From positions 99 through 64,098 of the forward strand of contig JANQLL010000164.1 in the NCBI GenBank assembly GCA_028280605.1: 64,000 nt of DNA, written 5' to 3'. This DNA is from Candidatus Gastranaerophilales bacterium. GTDB taxonomy: Bacteria > Cyanobacteriota > Vampirovibrionia > Gastranaerophilales > JANQFW01. Both the position numbers and the translations under genes were made by a program. The first letter of the stretch is position 1, and the number at the start of each line of letters is the position of its first letter. Shown in pieces: positions 57,107 through 64,000 of this stretch. The notes beneath the pieces were generated by a model, which did no database searches, had not been told where the DNA came from, and was given only the letters and a program-made list of their open reading frames with translations.

Positions 57107-58051
57107 TTATGACTTTGGTCTTATAGAATTTATGTTTTTAAACAAAATAAAGACAAAATAAAAATCATAGATGTCCCATTTTGCCACGACAAGTCGTTTT
57201 AAATAAGATCCAATTACATAAAATAACAACTTAAAGTCATTAGAATAATATTCTAACACTACAAAAATATATTTTAAAAATAAATCCCTATAAGCTTTAT
57301 TTTTTACATTGCTAAATATATTTAAATTATCTTTTTCAAAAAAATCATCATACACTTGCAAATATTGTTTTAAATGTCTTACAACAAAAGACTTTTTTTT
57401 ATAATTTTTCAAATCAATACTTCCATTATTTAAATATAACGGTTCTTTTAGTTGTATGATTTTATTTTCATATTTTTTTAATAAATTAATAAAAAAGTCT
57501 AAAGCATAACTTACATCAAGCTCTTCATTAAATTTAATATAATTAAAAACTTCTTTTTTTACCATAATGGAAGCCAAATCAGGTCTAATATCCATTAAAA
57601 GAAACGATTTAAGATTATTTTCAGGTAATTTTTCATACATTTTATTATAAAATATATTATTATGCTCTGTTTGTTTAGCCTTAAAGTCTTTATCAACATC
57701 TAATCCAAAACCATAACACGCCATATGTTCAGGATTTTTACTTAAAGCTTCTAAATGCCCAGTCAGAGAATTAAATAATAACAAACTATTAATATCTAAA
57801 AAACAAATATAATTATCGGAAGAGAGAGCTACTGCATCATTTAGTATTTGTGGCATTGCGTTTTTATTAGTTTGCATGTATTTAATGCAGGGTTCTTGAT
57901 ACTTATACTGTAGTTCATTTAAATCATTCCCTAGAATTATTATTTCAATATCTTTTGTTTTTTGATTTAGCGCAGAATAAAGCATTCTTTCTATTTCAAA
58001 ATGCTTATTTATATCTTCTTTAAGTAAAGGAATAATAACTGAAATCTTCAT
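57107..58051 (-). CDS. Family 2 glycosyltransferase-like protein
   Basis: 314 aa. MKISVIIPLLKE start typical of GT2, and FLDINS (DxD-like). Confidence 0.6.
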   Translation of the reverse strand: MKISVIIPLLKEDINKHFEIERMLYSALNQKTKDIEIIILGNDLNELQYKYQEPCIKYMQTNKNAMPQILNDAVALSSDNYICFLDINSLLLFNSLTGHLEALSKNPEHMACYGFGLDVDKDFKAKQTEHNNIFYNKMYEKLPENNLKSFLLMDIRPDLASIMVKKEVFNYIKFNEELDVSYALDFFINLLKKYENKIIQLKEPLYLNNGSIDLKNYKKKSFVVRHLKQYLQVYDDFFEKDNLNIFSNVKNKAYRDLFLKYIFVVLEYYSNDFKLLFYVIGSYLKRLVVAKWDIYDFYFVFILFKNINSIRPKS

Positions 58052-58053
58052 TT

Positions 58054-58914
58054 TTACTCCTCTTCAAATAAACGCTTTGCATTATAAGAGCTTCTCGCCA
58101 ATGGAGAAGAAATAATTTGTTTAATACCTAACTCTTTTGCAAACCGCTCATATTGTTTAAATTTTTGAATACTAATATACTCTTTTACTTTTATTTGTTT
58201 ACTACTTGGCTGTAAATATTGACCAATGACTACCATATCAATATCTACAAGTTTTATATCTTTTAAAGTTTTAAATATATCATCATCTGATTCCCCCAAG
58301 CCGACTAAAATAGATGTTTTTGTTTTTATTTTATAATCTATTTTTTTTATTAATCTTAAAAAATCAAGAGATTTATCATAAGTTGCTCTTTTATCCCTTA
58401 CATAAAGAGATAAACTGCGTACTGTTTCCAAGTTATGAGCTATCACATCAGGCTTTGATTCTAATAAAAATTTTATATATTCTTCTTTTAAAGAAAAATC
58501 TGGTACTAACACCTCTACTTTTATATTATTATTAATATTTTTTATCTCGTTTACGGTTTTATAAAAATGCATTGCCCCAAAATCTAACAAATCATCTCTG
58601 TCAACACAAGTTAATACAACATATTCAAGCCCAAGCTCCTCTACTGCTCGTGCAATATTCAACGGCTCATCATTATCAAGCTTAAAGGGTACACCTTTTT
58701 TTACAGCACAAAACCTGCAATTTCTTGTACAAATATCACCCATAAGCAAGAACGTAGCAGATTTTTCTTGCCAACACTTATTTATATTCGGACATAATGC
58801 AGACTGGCAAACTGTTTTTAGGTTATATTTATCCAATATATTTTTCACATCTTGATACACGCATTCTTTTAAGGCGCTTACTTTTAGCCAGTCAGGTTTT
58901 TTGATATTATCCAT
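58054..58914 (-). CDS. lipA: Lipoyl synthase
   Basis: 286 aa. N-terminal Cys cluster (C..C....C) and radical-SAM CTRNCRFCAV. Confidence 0.92.
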   Translation of the reverse strand: MDNIKKPDWLKVSALKECVYQDVKNILDKYNLKTVCQSALCPNINKCWQEKSATFLLMGDICTRNCRFCAVKKGVPFKLDNDEPLNIARAVEELGLEYVVLTCVDRDDLLDFGAMHFYKTVNEIKNINNNIKVEVLVPDFSLKEEYIKFLLESKPDVIAHNLETVRSLSLYVRDKRATYDKSLDFLRLIKKIDYKIKTKTSILVGLGESDDDIFKTLKDIKLVDIDMVVIGQYLQPSSKQIKVKEYISIQKFKQYERFAKELGIKQIISSPLARSSYNAKRLFEEE

Positions 58915-59028
58915 AATTTATATAATAGATTTAATTTATATATAAATAATTACTCTATTCGGTAGTTTTAATAATCTGATTTTGCCAGGTACAATGTAAC
59001 TAGATCTAAAAATATAAGGACATTACCG

Positions 59029-59661
59029 ATGAAATTCATCAAATTTATTTTTTCTGTTTTTTTGATAGCAATACTTTGCCCAAAAATATTTGCAAAAAAT
59101 TTTCTACCTAATTACTCATACAATATTAAATATCCAGGAGTAGGCGTCTGCTTGATAAAACATAATAAAGATGTATATATAGAGCCTGACATATATAGCC
59201 ATAAAGTCTATAAAATAAATGCTAATATGGATCCTGAATCAATTTTGGCCATAACTCCTGATGCTAATATTATTTTTGCAGCTGAAGATACTGATCGAAA
59301 ATGGGTACAAATAATAACAGAACAAAATAAAGGCACTAAAGGTTGGATACCCCTTGCCAATAATGAAAGATTCTTGCCCTGGCATAAGTTTATTCAAAAG
59401 TATGGCAACAAATACGGACTTTATACTTTTAATGACATACCTGATCAATATAAAAAAATATATTTATCTCCCGATGAATCTGCACAATTTCATAAGCTTG
59501 ACTATTATAATCCCAAAATGATTAAGCCTAAAATTGTTAGAGGTAACTGGGTGATGGTTAGCGTTATGAATATTGACAGAAAAATCTATATTGGATGGAT
59601 AAGATGGCGTAGTAGTGAAGGTAAGCTTTATGCCTTTCCAAACTTCTTATCGGGAAATTAA
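59029..59661 (+). CDS. Secreted hypothetical protein with SH3b-like segments
   Basis: 210 aa with a signal-like N-terminus. KWVQI..GTKGWIP and NWVMVSV...GWIRW motifs resemble bacterial SH3 domains. Confidence 0.5.
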   Translation: MKFIKFIFSVFLIAILCPKIFAKNFLPNYSYNIKYPGVGVCLIKHNKDVYIEPDIYSHKVYKINANMDPESILAITPDANIIFAAEDTDRKWVQIITEQNKGTKGWIPLANNERFLPWHKFIQKYGNKYGLYTFNDIPDQYKKIYLSPDESAQFHKLDYYNPKMIKPKIVRGNWVMVSVMNIDRKIYIGWIRWRSSEGKLYAFPNFLSGN

Positions 59662-60059
59662 TATCTTAATACTGCATAAACTTTTATATCTTCTAGCTTA
59701 AACTCAAGCAATATCTTATCTTGAGATATTATTTCAGCTTGAGATTTTGGAATCTTAACTTTTTTATCTAATTTTATAATTTTACTAACCTTAATCCGCC
59801 CAACAATATGAGACCCCTCAACCAGGTTAAGTTCTTTTTTTTCTTTTATGTATCTTACCTGATAAAAACCGGGACGAATAGGCTTATTATAGTTATCAAA
59901 AGCATTAATGGTTAAAATAACATTAGGAAATATGCTAGGCGACCATGGGTCAAGCTTGTGAGCATCCCTAACACCAGAATGATAAACGGGATGCCCGCTA
60001 AATTCTTCGGGGTCAACAAAAGAAATACACAATCCAGCTATTATCAACAAATCTAACAT
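59658..60059 (-). CDS. Hypothetical protein
   Basis: 133-aa ORF with a hydrophobic N-terminus. Convergent 4-nt overlap with the preceding gene. No recognisable motif. Confidence 0.4.
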   Translation of the reverse strand: MLDLLIIAGLCISFVDPEEFSGHPVYHSGVRDAHKLDPWSPSIFPNVILTINAFDNYNKPIRPGFYQVRYIKEKKELNLVEGSHIVGRIKVSKIIKLDKKVKIPKSQAEIISQDKILLEFKLEDIKVYAVLRY

Positions 60060-60074
60060 TAATAAACCTATATA

Positions 60075-60566
60075 TTAATTATCGTCATCTTTATCTTTTA
60101 TTTTATCTTTTTTGTCATCATTGTCATAGTCTTTATTTTTCTTTATCTCTTTTGGTTTATTATAATCATCATATTTATCACGTTTGCCTTTTTCCTCTGG
60201 GTCATCTTCGACCATACATCTATCACCTTTACATTTTGCTTCAACAGGCAGTACTTGAGAATTCAGTGGAGCCACAGTTTGTTCTCTTTTTTTATGATGT
60301 TTATGGTCGTTTCTTTTATACATTTTATAATGCATTCTATGTTTTTTAATACAATGCGGACAGTAAATATCATCACCTTTTATAAATAAAGCGCCGGCTA
60401 TTAGACCAAACAAAACAGATAATACTAAAATGACATAGCCACAAACCAAGCCTATACTTTTTACAAAGCCTTCTTGCTTATTAGAATTGATTAAAATTAA
60501 AGATCCTATTCCAATTGCAATAGCAAAACATAAAAATCCAAAAAGTAGAATAGCAGCTTGATGCAT
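60075..60566 (-). CDS. Small membrane protein with a His/Lys-rich then Asp/Lys-rich cytoplasmic tail
   Basis: 163 aa. Two TM helices, a CPHC motif, a KHHKK stretch, and an acidic KDKDDDN tail. Confidence 0.45.
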   Translation of the reverse strand: MHQAAILLFGFLCFAIAIGIGSLILINSNKQEGFVKSIGLVCGYVILVLSVLFGLIAGALFIKGDDIYCPHCIKKHRMHYKMYKRNDHKHHKKREQTVAPLNSQVLPVEAKCKGDRCMVEDDPEEKGKRDKYDDYNKPKEIKKNKDYDNDDKKDKIKDKDDDN

Positions 60567-60636
60567 AGTTTTCTCCTTTTATTTACACTGCCATCCTAAT
60601 TTATCAGATCTAAAATAAAAGTTATGCTCTTTTTGT

Positions 60637-62142
60637 CTAATTTTTCAATTTTGCTATGGTTTGTATTAAAGCAGCTGCTTTACTTTGACATTCTTTGTAT
60701 TCAAAATCAGCATTAGAATCTGCTACAATACCTGCCCCAGCCTGAACAAAAAGCTTATTATCTTTTATCAGGACTGTTCTTATGGTTATAGCCATATTAA
60801 CTTCATTATTAAAGCCAATAATACCTATACAACCTCCATAAGGACCTCTTGCTTCTTTTTCAAGCTCATATATTATCTCCATAGCCCTTACCTTTGGCGC
60901 ACCAGATAAAGTACCAGCCGGAAAAGTTGCAGTTATAAGATCAACAGCATCAAGATTTTCTTTTAATTCACCTGTTACATTGCTTACAATATGTTGAACA
61001 TGCGAAAATTTTTCTATGATCATCAAGTCATCCACATGCACAGTGCCATATTTACACACCCGCCCCAGATCATTTCTGCCTAAATCCACAAGCATAATAT
61101 GCTCAGCTCTTTCTTTAGGGTCTTGCAGCAGTTCATCTGCTAATAGTTTGTCATCCTGAGGAGTTTTTCCTCTTTTTCTTGTTCCTGCAATTGGTCTAAC
61201 CTGAGCTGTTCCATCTTGAGAGCCTTTTATCATGATTTCTGGAGAAGAACCAACAATTTTGAAATCTTCAAAATTTAAATAATACAAATAAGGAGAAGGA
61301 TTAATACTTCTTAAAGCTCTATAAATTGTAAAGCCATCGAGTTCTTCCTGCTCTACAGCAAAACGTTGCGATAACACAACTTGAAAAATATCACCGTTTC
61401 TAATATATTCCTTAGCCTTTTCAACCATAGATGCCCATTCTTCCTTTGTTTTATTGGAAAAAATTGATATATCCACAGCATCATCAGCTATTTCTATTGG
61501 CTTTAAAGAATGTGGTGATCCTATCTTTGAATATATTTTAGATATTTTTTCTTGTGCTTCAACATAGGATTTTTCTACATCACAATCCTCATCAGCTAAA
61601 ACATTGCAGATAATATATATTTTATGCTTAAAATGATCAAAAACCAGTACTAATTCTGGAACAATAAGCCTTGATTCAGGAAAAGTAGTACATTTATCAA
61701 CACTCTTATAAAAGTCATCTAAAACCGGCTCAATAAATCTTACACTATCATAGCCAAGGTAGCCCACAAGTCCGGGAGTGTACGGTATATCTAAATCTTT
61801 GACATCAAAATTCTTTAAAAAATCCTTTAATAAAGAATAAGGATTACTGTTTTCCATAATAACTTTATTATTTATGCACTCATAAGCCTTTGCTCCATTA
61901 TTATCCGCATCAATAGTATACAATGCATCAATGCCAATAAAAGAATACCTGCCAAAATATTCTCCTTTTTCTGCGGCTTCTAACAAAAAACTGCAATCAG
62001 CTTGACTTGCTAACTTGTTATACAAAGAGACCGGGGTTTCAAGATCCCCTATCAACTCACACCATACTGGAATAAAAACTTTTTTAGATGACCCTAAAGC
62101 TATTTTTTCAAAATCCTTTTTGTTCGAGCAAGTTTTAAACAT
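60637..62142 (-). CDS. trpE: Anthranilate synthase component I
   Basis: 501 aa. GDIFQVVLSQRF, SPYLYYL, GTLSGAPKVRAMEII and GGCIG motifs. Confidence 0.92.
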   Translation of the reverse strand: MFKTCSNKKDFEKIALGSSKKVFIPVWCELIGDLETPVSLYNKLASQADCSFLLEAAEKGEYFGRYSFIGIDALYTIDADNNGAKAYECINNKVIMENSNPYSLLKDFLKNFDVKDLDIPYTPGLVGYLGYDSVRFIEPVLDDFYKSVDKCTTFPESRLIVPELVLVFDHFKHKIYIICNVLADEDCDVEKSYVEAQEKISKIYSKIGSPHSLKPIEIADDAVDISIFSNKTKEEWASMVEKAKEYIRNGDIFQVVLSQRFAVEQEELDGFTIYRALRSINPSPYLYYLNFEDFKIVGSSPEIMIKGSQDGTAQVRPIAGTRKRGKTPQDDKLLADELLQDPKERAEHIMLVDLGRNDLGRVCKYGTVHVDDLMIIEKFSHVQHIVSNVTGELKENLDAVDLITATFPAGTLSGAPKVRAMEIIYELEKEARGPYGGCIGIIGFNNEVNMAITIRTVLIKDNKLFVQAGAGIVADSNADFEYKECQSKAAALIQTIAKLKN

Positions 62143-62396
62143 ATCTACTACTCCTTAAAAGTAAAGTTATGATATCATTCTAGGATAAAATCTAAATAAT
62201 ACTTATTTTTTTCTTTTAAATTTGGAAGATAAAACCTTATCCAGTTTATTTTATTATAAAAATAAGTGGTTTACAAACAACTATAACAATTCTGAAAATA
62301 AATTAAACTTAATTTTTAACTTTTTTTTAGTTATACTTAATAATAAAGGTTATGGCTATCATCAAAATTTAATGAAATAGGTAAAAATACACTATT

Positions 62397-63998
62397 ATGA
62401 ACATACTAAAGCAAGAGGTCACAATAATAGGCAGTGGTATAGCCGGATTGTATGCAGCTATAAAACTGGCAGAACAAAATAAAAAAGTACTTATAATAAC
62501 AAAATCAGCACTAAGCGAAAGTAATACACGATATGCCCAGGGGGGAATCGCAGGAGTATTGCCAGAAAACAAGCTGGATTCAATAGAGCTGCATGTAAAA
62601 GATACATTAAAAGCAGGTGCCGGGCTTTCTAATAAAGAAATGGCAGAATTTATTTCAGAAAAGAGTGCAAGCGTAATAAATGACTTAATCAACTATGGAC
62701 TGTCTTTTGACCGTGATAATAATAATAACCTATGTTTTGGGCTTGAAGGTGCACATAGCGTAAAAAGAATTTTACATTCAGGTGGGGATGTTACCGGAAG
62801 AAATATGGAAACAACCCTGCATAATCTTGTTCAAAACAATACAAATATTTCAATTAAAAGATACACTAACGCTGTTGAACTTCTTGTTAGCTCTGATAAT
62901 ACTTGTAACGGGCTTATTATATACGATGAAAAATCTGACAATTACGAAGCAATTATTTCCAACGCAGTTATAATTGCCACTGGCGGAGCAGGGCAAGTAT
63001 ATAGCAACACAACTAACCCATCAATTGCAACCGGTGATGGACTAGCCATAGCATACAAAGCAGGTGCCATCATACAAGATATGGAATTCATTCAATTTCA
63101 TCCTACAGCTTTATGCCAAAATCAGGATGGCAGCAGATTTTTAATTTCAGAAGCTGTTAGGGGTGAAGGTGCTGTGCTTAAAAATAAAAATAATGAAACT
63201 TTTACCAATAAATATGATAAAAGGGGAGATTTAGCCCCCAGAGATGTTGTTACAAGAGCTATTTTTTGGGAGTTACAAAAGACTGATTCAGAGCGAATAT
63301 ATTTAGACACTTCTCCTATTCCAGAAGATAAAATAAAACAAAGATTTCCAGGTATAATAAAAACGTGTAAAGAGAATGATATTGACTTTATTCATAGTTT
63401 AGTTCCTGTATCTCCTGCTGCCCATTACTTAATGGGTGGAATTAAAGTTAATAAAGAAGGGCTTACAAATATTAATAATTTGTTTGCAATAGGAGAAACA
63501 AGCTGTTCATCTTTACACGGAGCAAACAGACTGGCCAGCAATTCTTTGCTGGAATGCATAGTAATAGCTAATGAAGCGGCATCTTTTATAAATAATACTA
63601 ATTTTAAGCCTATCGAAATTAATAATATAATTGATAATTATCCAGAGATAAATAATATAATTCAAGAATATTCCACCAATAAAACAAAGAAGACCTTAAA
63701 TTTATCAGAATTAACACTAAAATTAAAAGATACAATGTGGCATAATGCTGGTATCGTAAGAAATCAAGAAAAACTTACAACTGCATTAAATGATATAAAA
63801 GAATTAAAAACAAAATTTAATAAAACTTTTAAATGCGCTAACGAAGAAGAATATGAATTCAGAAACTTGCTGATTGTAGCAGAATTGATTGTGAAAAGTG
63901 CTCTATTGAGAAAAGAAAGTCGTGGCGCTCATTTTAGAGATGATTATCCTGAACCGGATTCAATTGCAAAACATAGTTATATACAAAAAGGAGAGTAG
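62397..63998 (+). CDS. nadB: L-aspartate oxidase
   Basis: 533 aa. IIGSGIAGL FAD motif, YAQGGIA, FIQFHPT, HGANRLASNSLLE and SRGAHFR motifs. Confidence 0.92.
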   Translation: MNILKQEVTIIGSGIAGLYAAIKLAEQNKKVLIITKSALSESNTRYAQGGIAGVLPENKLDSIELHVKDTLKAGAGLSNKEMAEFISEKSASVINDLINYGLSFDRDNNNNLCFGLEGAHSVKRILHSGGDVTGRNMETTLHNLVQNNTNISIKRYTNAVELLVSSDNTCNGLIIYDEKSDNYEAIISNAVIIATGGAGQVYSNTTNPSIATGDGLAIAYKAGAIIQDMEFIQFHPTALCQNQDGSRFLISEAVRGEGAVLKNKNNETFTNKYDKRGDLAPRDVVTRAIFWELQKTDSERIYLDTSPIPEDKIKQRFPGIIKTCKENDIDFIHSLVPVSPAAHYLMGGIKVNKEGLTNINNLFAIGETSCSSLHGANRLASNSLLECIVIANEAASFINNTNFKPIEINNIIDNYPEINNIIQEYSTNKTKKTLNLSELTLKLKDTMWHNAGIVRNQEKLTTALNDIKELKTKFNKTFKCANEEEYEFRNLLIVAELIVKSALLRKESRGAHFRDDYPEPDSIAKHSYIQKGE

Positions 63999-64000
63999 AC

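Noticed and set aside
1-64000. Scan for CRISPR arrays, rRNA and tRNA genes, and long homopolymer or SSR tracts that might phase-vary the RM gene.
   Set aside because: No regularly spaced direct repeats and no rRNA- or tRNA-like GC-rich blocks were seen. The A/T runs in and upstream of the RM ORF are at most 8-9 nt and are ordinary for this composition.

Overview
This is a visibly AT-rich bacterial chromosomal segment (GC not computed) with about 57 supportable protein genes. I found no rRNA, tRNA or CRISPR array.

Housekeeping content:
- coaD, panBC, a yvcK-like gene, pxpA and glyQ
- trpC, obg, a class-V aminotransferase with serA
- gpsA-plsY-der, folP, lipA, trpE and nadB

Signalling and metabolism:
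- Two very large multi-GAF sensor histidine kinases, one with nine tandem GAF domains
- Two tandem HD-GYP paralogs and a PilZ protein
- A three-gene NuoE/NuoF/[FeFe]-hydrogenase operon
- Glutamate decarboxylase, a GH38 mannosidase, and an ArsS/TIGR04282 arsenosugar-type pair

Several families (DUF2227 metal-binding protein, membrane-anchored YvcK, ArsS, GAF-rich kinases, FeFe hydrogenase) suggest a non-photosynthetic cyanobacteria-related or similar anaerobe. That is inference only.

Accessory and unusual content:
1. A 1252-aa type IIG restriction-modification enzyme has a complete HUH/Y1 (IS200/RAYT-like) nuclease domain nested in-frame inside its methyltransferase domain. The insert ends at a GC-rich 22-bp perfect palindrome.
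2. A ~0.8-kb higBA cassette has a consensus promoter and a near-leaderless higB. It is flanked by 30-bp direct repeats that duplicate the 3' end of a CX5R phosphatase gene, and it lies next to a 543-aa orphan gene.
3. A ~60-80 bp hairpin-forming repeat occurs three times, each time upstream of and co-oriented with a gene: the hydrogenase operon, the phosphatase and an HD-GYP gene.
4. HydA has non-canonical residues at two Fe-S ligand positions.
5. A decayed Mu-like transposase remnant lies in an otherwise non-coding 0.8-kb gap.

All calls come from reading the sequence and ORF translations by eye. No searches were run.
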